A stretch of DNA of 64,000 nt from an uncultured archaeon (lineage in GTDB: Archaea > Nanohalarchaeota > Nanosalinia > Nanosalinales > Nanosalinaceae): NCBI GenBank assembly GCA_964421955.1, contig CAYQYU010000005.1:1-64000 (forward strand), written 5' to 3'. The notes under the pieces are model-generated. The model did no database searches. It saw only the letters and a list, made by a program, of their open reading frames with translations, and was not told the DNA's origin. Shown piece by piece: positions 47,998-57,408 of this stretch. A program made the translations under genes and the position numbers. Position 1 is the first letter of the stretch, and every line of letters starts with the position of its first letter.

Positions 47998-49330
47998 AAT
48001 CCTGTATAAACTTCTTCACATTCGACTCCATGTCTTCAAGAATCTCTTCGAGAGCCTCTTCTGTATCGGCCTCGCAACGCACCGACATCTTTGGCTCGGT
48101 CGAAGAAGGCCGGATCAGGGCCCATCCTTCCTCAAACTCTACCTTGACGCCGTCCTTTGTAGAGTTCGGGTGATCCGAGTAGTGCTCGCGCACTTTCTCA
48201 ATAACTTTCTGCTTCGCACTTTGAGGACAGTCAATCCTGAGCTCAGGTGACACAGGATAATCCGGAAACTCCTTCAACTCTGCAACTAGATCGCGTTCCG
48301 AGACTATCTGGCACATCAGCGCCGCGGCGAAGAGACCGTCGTCGAACGGTAGACCTTGCGAGGGAAAGTAGAAGTGGCCGGAGAGTTCTCCCGCGAAAAC
48401 AATTTCGGGATCGCTGTGTATCATCTCGGAGACAAATGTGTGACCGACCCTGCATTCAACTGCTTCTCCCCCGGATTCTTCTATCTTCTCCTTCACAAGT
48501 TTCGAGGCACGGAGATCGTGCGCTATCTTTCCGGTCTCGAGTCCTAGGCACTCCTGGGCCAGTATAGCGAGAACCTCGTCAGCACCTATAACTCCATGCG
48601 AAGGTAGAATAAATCCCGCGCGGTCGCCGTCGCCATCGAATATTATACCTAAATCCTCTCCATCCATCGCTTCCTTCAACTGCTCCTGGGCCTCTTCATC
48701 TCTAGGATCTGGAAGGTGCGATGGAAAGCTTCCGTCTATCTCATCGTTAACACTCTTTACCTCACAACCTATGGATTCAAGCATCTCCTTCCCGAGCGTT
48801 GCCGTGACACCGTTTCCAAAGTTGACCGCGATCTCAAGTTCACGTTCAAGCTCTATTCTATCGGCGACAAAATCAGTGTAGTCACCCGTAATCTCTGCTT
48901 CCCGGACCTCCCCCTTTTCATTAGCACTATCAAAATCTTCCGATTCGTAAATCTCCTCGATCTCAATCATTCCTCCCTCACGGGAGACCGCCAGCGCATC
49001 ACCTCTGCAGAACTTAAAGCCAGTGTATTCAGGAGGATTGTGGGACGCAGTTACAACTGTTGCGGCTTCAATATCCCGGTCGATCATTCCGAAGTAGACA
49101 ACAGGCGAAGGAACCATTCCGGCATCGACAACATCGGTCCCCGTTGAAGTCACGCCACGAACAAAGGCATCCATAACTTCTTCCCCATGCTCCCGTCCAT
49201 CACGACCGACAAGGACTTCACTGGCCGAAGTCCAGGTTCCAAACGCCTTGCCCACCCTTTCCGCCTCATCCAGGCCTATTTCATCCGGGTAAGTACCCCT
49301 AAGATCGTAGGAATGGAAGAATGAAACCAT
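47990..49330 (-). CDS. Phosphoglucomutase/phosphomannomutase
   Basis: YDLRG, TASHNP, FDGDGDR, GELSGH, RPSSTEP. Confidence 0.95.
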   Translation of the reverse strand: MVSFFHSYDLRGTYPDEIGLDEAERVGKAFGTWTSASEVLVGRDGREHGEEVMDAFVRGVTSTGTDVVDAGMVPSPVVYFGMIDRDIEAATVVTASHNPPEYTGFKFCRGDALAVSREGGMIEIEEIYESEDFDSANEKGEVREAEITGDYTDFVADRIELERELEIAVNFGNGVTATLGKEMLESIGCEVKSVNDEIDGSFPSHLPDPRDEEAQEQLKEAMDGEDLGIIFDGDGDRAGFILPSHGVIGADEVLAILAQECLGLETGKIAHDLRASKLVKEKIEESGGEAVECRVGHTFVSEMIHSDPEIVFAGELSGHFYFPSQGLPFDDGLFAAALMCQIVSERDLVAELKEFPDYPVSPELRIDCPQSAKQKVIEKVREHYSDHPNSTKDGVKVEFEEGWALIRPSSTEPKMSVRCEADTEEALEEILEDMESNVKKFIQDSS

Positions 49331-49372
49331 GAATTAATTAGAGATAAAAGACACTTTTACACGTTTCTGAAC

Positions 49373-49864
49373 ATGGAACTGGAACTCTTGGACAAAGGAT
49401 TCGATCCTGATAGAGTGGAAAATAGTATCCGTGAGATAGTTGAATCCAACAGGTTGCTTTCAATGTCAACGATGGATGAAGAGCCGCATATCAATACCGC
49501 TTTCTACACATTTGATCAGGAACTGAACCTCTACATCCTCACGCCTCCAGATACTGAACATGGAGACAACCTCGAGGAGAGCAGTTCTATAGCGGTAGAC
49601 ATCCACGACAGCCACCAGGAATGGTAGGATGAAAAGAGAGGCCTCCAGATATTCGGAAATGCAGAAAAAGCCGAAAACCGTTCTAAAGCCCTCAAAATCT
49701 ACACAGAAAGGTTTCCAGAACTGGAAAAGTTCGCCTCTAATGTAGAAGAGCTTGAAGACCTAGACTCTATATTCTACATCATAGAACCGGAGAAGATCAA
49801 AGTTTTCGATGAGCCAAAGTTCGGAACCGAAACCTGGGTAGAAGCAAAGGTTGAATCCGAATGA
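49373..49864 (+). pseudogene. Pyridoxamine 5'-phosphate oxidase-like (FMN split-barrel) gene interrupted by an in-frame TAG
   Basis: Frame continues past TAG (49625-49627) as DEKRGLQIFGNAEK...FYIIEPEKIKVFDEPKFG...ESE*, ending in an ATGA overlap with the next gene. Confidence 0.8.
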
Positions 49865-50418
49865 AATTCTTCATAATCCACGGCACGGGTGGCGAACCTG
49901 ACGGCAACTGGTTTCCCTGGCTGAAAAGAAAGCTGGAGGATCAGGGACATGAAGTATTTGTACCGGATTTTCCAGGGATGGAAGAGCAGAGCCTGGAGAC
50001 ATGGATGGACACCTTCAACCAGTATAGAGAAGAGTTGACCGACGATACTGTTTTCGTGGCCCACAGTGTGGGACCTGCCTTCGTGCTGAATCTTCTTGAA
50101 CGCGGAGTGGAGGCGGAGGCCTGCTTCTTCGTGTCAGGATTTACAGGGCTCCTAGACAACAAATTCGATGAACCGAACCATACTATAACGGACCCAGAAT
50201 TTGACTTTGAGGAAATAAAGCAAAGCTGCAGTTATTTCAAGCTATACCACTCCCCGGACGATCCATATGTACCGCTAGAGAAGGCTAAGGACCTAGTAGA
50301 AAAACTTGATGCGGAACTGGAAGTGATTGAAGCCGGAGGACACCTGAACGAACCATCGGGTTACACCGATTTCCCAAAGTTGCTGGAAGATATAACATCT
50401 TACATCCGGAACAACTAA
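49861..50418 (+). CDS. RBBP9/YdeN family serine hydrolase
   Basis: IIHGTGG..NWFPWL, VAHSVG, DDPYVP, GGHLN. Confidence 0.9.
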   Translation: MKFFIIHGTGGEPDGNWFPWLKRKLEDQGHEVFVPDFPGMEEQSLETWMDTFNQYREELTDDTVFVAHSVGPAFVLNLLERGVEAEACFFVSGFTGLLDNKFDEPNHTITDPEFDFEEIKQSCSYFKLYHSPDDPYVPLEKAKDLVEKLDAELEVIEAGGHLNEPSGYTDFPKLLEDITSYIRNN

Positions 50419-50481
50419 TGTATTACAATACCCGAATAATCCTTGAAATAACAGGCCAATGTATTATGAATGCATTACAAT

Positions 50482-51000
50482 CTACCAGTATCCTTCAAGA
50501 ATGTCGGTGCGTTCCCAGTACTCTTCCTGCATATCCTTCAGCGACTTCTTCATGACCTTGGTGTCGAGAGAGGTCTCCATGAAGCCTCTGTCCTTCTCGT
50601 AAATCGGGACGAGCTGGACGTGGAGGTGCGGGATTGATTCTCCCGCCGCTTCTCCTATATTTATGCCGACGTCGATCCCTGCAGGTTCAACGACCTCGCG
50701 CTGGAGTTCTTCGACCCGGGCAACCATCGAGAAAAGCCGGTTGCGCTCCTCATCGCTCAAATCATTCATCGAGTTCACGTGTCGCCGGGGAACAACCATC
50801 AGATGGCCAGTGTTGTAGGGAAAGATGTTCAGCTCCACCATCAGGAAGTCGTCCTCGTAAATTTCGAGCTTTGATACGCGTTCATCGTCCTCTGACTGCG
50901 CACAGAAGATGCAGTCGATATCCTCAGGTATCTCCGCAGCCTCGTACTCCTCACGCTTGGGAGACCATAGGTATTGCTCGTACGGCTTGAGATCAGTCAT
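50482..51000 (-). CDS. HIT family hydrolase
   Basis: CIFC, NIFPYNTGHLMVVP, AGESIPHLHVQLVP. Confidence 0.92.
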   Translation of the reverse strand: MTDLKPYEQYLWSPKREEYEAAEIPEDIDCIFCAQSEDDERVSKLEIYEDDFLMVELNIFPYNTGHLMVVPRRHVNSMNDLSDEERNRLFSMVARVEELQREVVEPAGIDVGINIGEAAGESIPHLHVQLVPIYEKDRGFMETSLDTKVMKKSLKDMQEEYWERTDILEGYW

Positions 51001-51034
51001 AACCTAGAATTGTAACTCCGGATTTAAAGGTATT

Positions 51035-51796
51035 CTACAGAGGAGAGATTTCGTTGACCTTTACCTTCAGCCTCTGGGTTAGACCTCTCCGCGGAGGTTC
51101 CTCGCCCCTCAAACGGTGTGCCACATCTCTTATCGCGAGCGAGGCCTGAGAGTTCGGCTTGTAGGAAACAACAGGCTCCCTCAGGGCGATTCCTTCCCTG
51201 ACGTGAGGGTGGTCGGGAACAGTTCCGATTATGTCGGCCTCAACAAGCTCTCTTACATCTGCTAAATCGACCTCGGACTTCTCGCCTCTCACCGAGTTAA
51301 GCACCAGGCCAATCACGTCGCGGTTGAGCTGCTCTGCGAGTTTCTTTGCGCCGAGACAGTTGGTCAGCGACGGAAGCTCGGGCTCAGAAACCAGGAGAAC
51401 CTCGTCAGACGCCTCTACCGCGGCCTGTACCTCTTCATCCGTTCCCGCGGCCGCGTCGATAAACACGAAGTCTTTATCTCCAAGAAACTCTACTATAGAA
51501 TGCTTCAGATTCTCCGCGCTCGCGTTGAATTCAAGTACCGACGCCGGAAGAACAGATACTCCCGACGGATGCCGGGATACCGCCTGCGTAATGTAGGCCT
51601 CACCGTTGAGAACATCATTTAGTGAAACGTCCTGGAATCCAAGTCCGAAGTGCTGGGCCATGTTAGCGCCAGAAAAGTTGCCGTCGATTATCAGGACATC
51701 CTCTCCCTGCTGGGAGAGTTCGGCGCCAAGGTTGGCCGTCATGGTGGTCTTGCCAACGCCTCCTTTGCCTGAAATAACCGATATGACCCGGGTCAT
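51035..51796 (-). CDS. minD: MinD/ParA family ATPase
   Basis: ISGKGGVGKTT, IDAAAG; archaeal MinD-like. Confidence 0.85.
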   Translation of the reverse strand: MTRVISVISGKGGVGKTTMTANLGAELSQQGEDVLIIDGNFSGANMAQHFGLGFQDVSLNDVLNGEAYITQAVSRHPSGVSVLPASVLEFNASAENLKHSIVEFLGDKDFVFIDAAAGTDEEVQAAVEASDEVLLVSEPELPSLTNCLGAKKLAEQLNRDVIGLVLNSVRGEKSEVDLADVRELVEADIIGTVPDHPHVREGIALREPVVSYKPNSQASLAIRDVAHRLRGEEPPRRGLTQRLKVKVNEISPL

Positions 51797-51835
51797 TGTG
51801 TAAAGCTTCTCACGCACCTAATAAAAGCTTGTGCA

Positions 51836-52228
51836 TCAGTCCCTGAAAATGCGTGAACAGCCCTTTACATGAGCTCTGACCTCTGACACGTTGTCGATCT
51901 TGGCATTTACCCTTCTTATAGAGCCAGCCTGTACATCAGTGGCTATCTTCGTCACATTCTCCCCATTTTCGAACGTTATTGCCACCGCCTCCACATACTG
52001 GTCAGGATAGAAAAGAGCAGAGTGATGAGTGGAGTTAAGATCTTCCTGTTGCAGATCCACGTTCAGAGTGGTGCAGCGGATAGAGCTCTGCCGGTCCTCT
52101 GTCGACTGGTTCCCCGTGGTATCCAGCATCGCCGAGGCCCAGTTGACTACCACGACACCCACAGCTGCCGCCAGTAGAATTATCAGTACCGCGCCCGGCT
52201 TGATCAAAGTCACCCCTCGTCGGCTCAT
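51836..52228 (-). CDS. Putative type IV pilin-like protein (class III signal peptide)
   Basis: MSRRG|VT followed by a hydrophobic stretch; Cys pair in the globular part. Confidence 0.55.
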   Translation of the reverse strand: MSRRGVTLIKPGAVLIILLAAAVGVVVVNWASAMLDTTGNQSTEDRQSSIRCTTLNVDLQQEDLNSTHHSALFYPDQYVEAVAITFENGENVTKIATDVQAGSIRRVNAKIDNVSEVRAHVKGCSRIFRD

Positions 52229-52996
52229 TTACCGAAATTTTTGGATTACGCGCGATAAAAAGCCTTTGCTCTCAATTCTCGGCTCATACTCAATACCAGC
52301 CACCTGGGCCGCAACACCTCTGAACCGCTCAGAGACGTGATGCTCCGGATCGTGATGGACAACCGGCTTCTTCACGGCCAGAGCCTCCTGGACCTTGTCA
52401 TGCTCCGGAACCTCCATCATTATCGGATAGCCGATCATAGATTCGATCTCTTCAGCGTCGAGTTCAGAGTCGTGGCCCTTGACACGGTTGAGTACCACTC
52501 CAAGAACGTCGGTTCCTGCCTCTTCCGCGATGTTAACTGTCTTCAGTGCATCAGTTACCGCAGGCAGTTGAGGATTGGTTACCACAAGGACTTCATCAGA
52601 GGCCTCTATGGCATTGATCGACTCGTTTCCGAGTCCCGCGGCCGAGTCTACAAGAACAAAGTCCGGTTCACCAACAGTGTCTAGCAGGACATCGCTCAGG
52701 TTCTCCGGCGAAGTATCGACTAGGTCGTCAATCGAGAGACCTGCGGGCACAACCCTTAAACCGGAGTTGTGAATGTACATCGCCTCTGTGATATGTGCGT
52801 CACCCTTCAGGACATCGTGTAAAGTCTTCGGGTACAGCGGGATTCCCAGGTGAAAGCCCAGATTCGGATTCGTTAGATTGGCATCAAGAACGATGGTGTC
52901 CGATCCAAACTGTGTTAGAGCGGCACCGATGTTAGAAGTTACCGTGGTTTTTCCTGCGCCTCCCTTCCCACTGCTGACGCAAATCAAGCGGGTCAT
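52229..52996 (-). CDS. minD: MinD family ATPase
   Basis: SSGKGGAGKTT, DANLTNPNL, VDSAAGLG, VVLNRV; C-terminal amphipathic GFLSRVIQKFR. Confidence 0.9.
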   Translation of the reverse strand: MTRLICVSSGKGGAGKTTVTSNIGAALTQFGSDTIVLDANLTNPNLGFHLGIPLYPKTLHDVLKGDAHITEAMYIHNSGLRVVPAGLSIDDLVDTSPENLSDVLLDTVGEPDFVLVDSAAGLGNESINAIEASDEVLVVTNPQLPAVTDALKTVNIAEEAGTDVLGVVLNRVKGHDSELDAEEIESMIGYPIMMEVPEHDKVQEALAVKKPVVHHDPEHHVSERFRGVAAQVAGIEYEPRIESKGFLSRVIQKFR

Positions 52997-53125
52997 CGTA
53001 TCAAACACATTGATCTTCGGGTTTTAAATTAATAGGTCTGGCTGCAGAACCGGGAATCTTTCGCGATCGAGATCGGCCGACTGAAGTTTTATAGATTGAA
53101 ATAAGTTGGCAACCTATCGAACCCT

Positions 53126-55972
53126 ATGCCCGGAGAGTTTTCCAACAGGCTCAACGAGTTTGAAGATCGATGGCAGGAGCGCTGGGAGGAAGAAAAAATA
53201 TTCGAGCCCGAACCTTCCGACAGCGACAAGTTCTTTATCACGGTCGCATATCCCTACCCGAGCGGCGGAATGCATATTGGACACGCTCGCACCGATTTAC
53301 TTCCGGATGTTTTCGCCCGCTTCAAGAGAATGCAGGGATACAACGTTCTTTTTCCGATGGCATGGCATGTCACAGGAACACCTATCATAGGAGCACTTGA
53401 ACGCCTCAGAGAAGGAGAAGAAAAGCAGATAAAGACCTTGAGAGATACATTTAACGTCCCGCAGGAAGTCCTTGATTCCTTCGAGGAACCGATGGACTAC
53501 GCGGATTACTTCATTGAGAACAGTTACAAGCCGAACATGAAGAACCTTGGCTTCTCAGTAGACTGGAGACGCGAGTTCACGACCAACGATGATGCTTACA
53601 ACAGATTTATTGAATGGCAGTACCTGACTCTCCGCGACAAAGGCCTCGTAAAACAGGGAATGCATCCGACAAAGTACTGCCTCAACGACCAGAACCCAGT
53701 CACGACCCACGACCTTCTCGAGGGAGAGAGCGCCGAAAAACAGGAGTACTCGCTCGTTAAGTTCCAGGCTGACGACCTGGTCTTCCCAATGGCTACGCTC
53801 CGGCCCGAGACCGTGTTCGGAGTTACACACGCGCTGATCAATCCTGGCGAAGAATACGTTGTCGCAAAAGTCGGCGAGGAAAAATGGGTTATATCAGAAG
53901 AGGCCGCAGAAAAACTCGAGTACCAGGACCGCGAAATCGTGGAACTCGAGACGAAGACCGGGAAAGATTTCGTGGGAGAAGAGATCATGAATCCGGTAAC
54001 AGGTGACGAGGTCATGATCCTGCCCGCATCGTTCGTTGACCCTGACTCTGGTTCAGGAGTTGTAATGTCCGTTCCTGCGCACGCTCCATATGACTGGATA
54101 TCGCTAGAGGACCTGAAGAACTCACCGGATACCTTGAGAGAGTACGGTATCGATCCAGGGGAGGTGCAGGAGATAGAGCCCAAAGTAATCATAAACGTCG
54201 AGGGCTACGAGACCATTCCCGCGAGACAGGCATGCGTAGAGCACGGCGTCGAGTCCCAGGATGACGAGGAGGCTCTGGAGAGGGCAACTGAAGAAGTCTA
54301 CGAGAAGGAGTTTCATAGAGGAACTCTCAACGCGAACTGCCAGGACTTCGCCGGAGAGAAAGTCAATGCCGTGAAGGATCGATTGATTGAACAGTTCGAA
54401 AACATGGGCAGGTTCGACTCGATGCACGATTTCTCAGAAGAAGTTGTCTGTCGTTGCGGCGGAAAGGTCATCGTTTCGATGCAGGAGTCGTGGTTCCTTG
54501 AGTACGGTGATAAAGGATGGAAAGACCGAGTCCACTCGATGCTCGACGACATGAACATTATCCCCGGGGAGACACAGGAAGAATACAGGCACACTATCGA
54601 CTGGCTGGAATCCTGGCCTTGTATCAGGAATTTCGGGCTCGGCACCCCGCTCCCGTTCGATAAAGACTTCATAGTTGAACCGCTCTCCGACTCGACGATC
54701 TACATGGCGTTCTACACTATCAAACACATAATAGATGATGTCGATGCCGATAAGCTCGAGCCAGAGTTCTTCGACTACGTCTTCCGCAACGAAGGAGACG
54801 CCAGCGAAGTGGCGGAATCGACCGGGATCGACCAGGAGATAATAGAGCGCGCCCGTGAAAGCTTTGATTACTGGTACCCGCTCGACTGGAGGACCTCCGC
54901 GAACGAACTCGTGCAGAACCACCTCACTTTCATGATGTTCCACCACGAGGCACTTTTCGAGCAGGATTATCACCCGAGAGGTATCGCGGCCTGGGGAATG
55001 GTCCAGCTAGAGGGTGAGTCCATGAGCTCTTCAAAGGGGCACGTCGTTCTACCCGACAATGCAATCAAAGAATATGGGGCAGACACTGTCCGCTTTGCTT
55101 TATTCGCGGGTTCGGAACCCTGGCAGGACTTCGACTGGCGTTCTGACCGCGTCGAACAGCACCGCAACCGAATCAAGAACTTCTACAACCGGTCACTCCA
55201 GATCTACAATACTGGAGCTGAAAGGGAACATAACAACCTTGACCGTTACGCTCTGTCCAGGCTCCAGAGAATAGTTGAAAACACTACGGAGGCAATGGGC
55301 AACTTCCAGACCCGTAAGGCTGGATTGAACGCATTCTTCGAGCTAAACTCTCTTATTAACAGCTACAGGAAGCGCTCGGATGAACCGAACCAGAATGTGG
55401 TCAAAGAGCTGGTCGAGACCCAGGTCAGGCTGATGGCGCCGTTCACACCCCATGTATGTGAGGAACTCTGGAAAGAGTTCGGAAACGAAGGTTTTGTCTC
55501 AGAGGAAGACTGGCCTGAACCTGATGAGGAATTCGTGGATGAAGAGGTTGAGAACGCCCAGGAGCTCGTGGAGAACACTGTCGACGATGTGCGCGAACTC
55601 GCGGAAATAGTCGGGGAGTTTGAAGAAATCAAGATAATAGTCGCCGACGAATGGAAGCGAGAACTCTTCCTTGAGCTCAGAGACGTGGTCGAGGAAAGAC
55701 CAGAGTTCGGCGAAGCGATGTCTCAGCTCGTCGAGGACCGCAAAAGATACGCGGATGAGATCAAGAGATACCTAGAGAACTATCTCAATGATCCTGGAGA
55801 GCTTCCCGGCGAAATATTCTCATCGGACAGGGAAACAGAGATACTCCAGGAAAACAGAGAGTTTCTCGAGGACGAGTTCGGTGCTGAAATTGTTCTCGAA
55901 GCAGAAGAAGGATCGGAAGAAGAAAAAGCTTCCAGGGCGGAGCCCGGCAGACCTGCGATCGTGATGGAATAG
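53126..55972 (+). CDS. leuS: Leucyl-tRNA synthetase (archaeal type)
   Basis: AYPYPSGGMHIGH, ATLRPET editing domain, SVPAHAPYD, SDSTIYMA, SMSSSKG. Confidence 0.95.
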   Translation: MPGEFSNRLNEFEDRWQERWEEEKIFEPEPSDSDKFFITVAYPYPSGGMHIGHARTDLLPDVFARFKRMQGYNVLFPMAWHVTGTPIIGALERLREGEEKQIKTLRDTFNVPQEVLDSFEEPMDYADYFIENSYKPNMKNLGFSVDWRREFTTNDDAYNRFIEWQYLTLRDKGLVKQGMHPTKYCLNDQNPVTTHDLLEGESAEKQEYSLVKFQADDLVFPMATLRPETVFGVTHALINPGEEYVVAKVGEEKWVISEEAAEKLEYQDREIVELETKTGKDFVGEEIMNPVTGDEVMILPASFVDPDSGSGVVMSVPAHAPYDWISLEDLKNSPDTLREYGIDPGEVQEIEPKVIINVEGYETIPARQACVEHGVESQDDEEALERATEEVYEKEFHRGTLNANCQDFAGEKVNAVKDRLIEQFENMGRFDSMHDFSEEVVCRCGGKVIVSMQESWFLEYGDKGWKDRVHSMLDDMNIIPGETQEEYRHTIDWLESWPCIRNFGLGTPLPFDKDFIVEPLSDSTIYMAFYTIKHIIDDVDADKLEPEFFDYVFRNEGDASEVAESTGIDQEIIERARESFDYWYPLDWRTSANELVQNHLTFMMFHHEALFEQDYHPRGIAAWGMVQLEGESMSSSKGHVVLPDNAIKEYGADTVRFALFAGSEPWQDFDWRSDRVEQHRNRIKNFYNRSLQIYNTGAEREHNNLDRYALSRLQRIVENTTEAMGNFQTRKAGLNAFFELNSLINSYRKRSDEPNQNVVKELVETQVRLMAPFTPHVCEELWKEFGNEGFVSEEDWPEPDEEFVDEEVENAQELVENTVDDVRELAEIVGEFEEIKIIVADEWKRELFLELRDVVEERPEFGEAMSQLVEDRKRYADEIKRYLENYLNDPGELPGEIFSSDRETEILQENREFLEDEFGAEIVLEAEEGSEEEKASRAEPGRPAIVME

Positions 55973-56377
55973 ATGTCCACAGAAGAACTGGAGACCGGCA
56001 TTGAACTGACACTGGACAATCCCGAATACTACGTTGCCATTCTCACTCCTTTTGGCAAGAACTTTGACCTCATAGGAGATACCCCGAACTACACTCTGTC
56101 AGATATCGACACTTTTGTCTTCCCGGAAGAAACGGAGGAAACACTGGAAGGTCAGGTAAAGACGCTTGAGAAGCTCCGGATTCTTGAACGGGTTGATGGG
56201 GTTGAAACCACCAGGGTATATGGTCCGACTTACGCCCTGAAAGACGAAGATCACAGGGCCGATGCGTATCTATGCTGGAGGGCGATAAAGGATAACTACC
56301 ACGGTCGACCGGACCGGTTCCTGGAGTCTCCTGAGGAAGGTCTTGAAGAGCTTGAAGGCGACCTGTCTTTCTTCTAG
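55973..56377 (+). CDS. Hypothetical protein
   Basis: 134-aa acidic ORF abutting leuS. Confidence 0.65.
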   Translation: MSTEELETGIELTLDNPEYYVAILTPFGKNFDLIGDTPNYTLSDIDTFVFPEETEETLEGQVKTLEKLRILERVDGVETTRVYGPTYALKDEDHRADAYLCWRAIKDNYHGRPDRFLESPEEGLEELEGDLSFF

Positions 56378-56643
56378 TACCTTTTCAGACTTTCCTCCAG
56401 GCTCTTGTCGAGATGGCCGTCAACGTTGACATCCTGATCGAGCTCGTTCAGAGCCTTTCTCTGCGCATTTACAAGCTCCTCTAATCTTTCGGTGCGCTGG
56501 CTGAGGTAGGCCAGTGCAATCCAGATCTGTCCGACAGAAGCATTCTGGGCCTCCATGTAGGTATCTTCGTGCTGCTCCACAGAGTCAAGAAGTGATTCGA
56601 GCGAGACACGTAACTTTTCTGGAAGTCTTGAAACCCATTCCAT
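56374..56643 (-). CDS. Hypothetical helical protein
   Basis: ~89-aa ORF (AQNASVGQIWIALA). Confidence 0.7.
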   Translation of the reverse strand: MEWVSRLPEKLRVSLESLLDSVEQHEDTYMEAQNASVGQIWIALAYLSQRTERLEELVNAQRKALNELDQDVNVDGHLDKSLEESLKRY

Positions 56644-56694
56644 ACCGTCCAAGTTGCGTTAAAGACTTTTAACGTTCCCGTGTAGTTTCTCGGT

Positions 56695-57339
56695 ATGGAA
56701 ACGGGAGACCTCGTCCTCATCGACTATGTCGGAAAGACAGACGGAGAGATATTCGATCTAACACTGGAAGAGAAGGCAGAAGAGGAAGGAATCAAACGTG
56801 AAGATGTCAACTACACCGCTATACCTGTACTGATTGGAGAAGGCTACGTTATAGAAGGCCTTGAAGAGGCTCTCAGGGAAATGGAAGTAGGTGAGGAGCG
56901 GGAAATAACAGTTCCCGCGGAAAAGGCATACGGTTCCCGGGATTCAGACAATGTCGAGACATATCCCGAGAAGGAGTTCAAGAGACAGGATGTTCAGGTG
57001 AGACCGGGGGAGGAAATCATGATCGGGAATCGCCGTGGTCGAGTAATGTCGGTTAACTCCGGCCGTGTCCGTGTTGACTTCAACCACCCTCTCTCAGGAA
57101 AGGAGCTAGAATACTGGGTCCGGATCAATGAGAAGGTAGAGGACGAGGAGGAAATCGCAGAATACATTGCTGAGAGGCTCGCCGGCCACTTTGACTCGGA
57201 AGTTGAGGAAGGTGTTCTGAAAGTGGAGGTCATACATTCCCACGGAGACCACGAGCACGAAATGCCCGATAACAACAGGGAAGAACTCGAGAGACAGGTC
57301 AAGGAATACACCGATATCGACGTCGAGTTCCAGCAATAA
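56695..57339 (+). CDS. slyD: FKBP-type peptidyl-prolyl isomerase (SlyD-like, long archaeal type)
   Basis: IDYVG, GLEEAL, PAEKAYG, VDFNHPLSGK; His-rich HSHGDHEH. Confidence 0.9.
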   Translation: METGDLVLIDYVGKTDGEIFDLTLEEKAEEEGIKREDVNYTAIPVLIGEGYVIEGLEEALREMEVGEEREITVPAEKAYGSRDSDNVETYPEKEFKRQDVQVRPGEEIMIGNRRGRVMSVNSGRVRVDFNHPLSGKELEYWVRINEKVEDEEEIAEYIAERLAGHFDSEVEEGVLKVEVIHSHGDHEHEMPDNNREELERQVKEYTDIDVEFQQ

Positions 57340-57408
57340 ACCAATTTTATATACGTTCAGGATAACTTGTTATACATAATAGACAACGAGTAAAGGGGTT
57401 CTGAATCA

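Noticed and set aside
49625-49627. Genome-wide TAG recoding (pyrrolysine or alternative code)
   Set aside because: TAG ends many clear genes (glyA, thyA, hel308, leuS, ftsZ, secE), and only one interrupted gene was seen.
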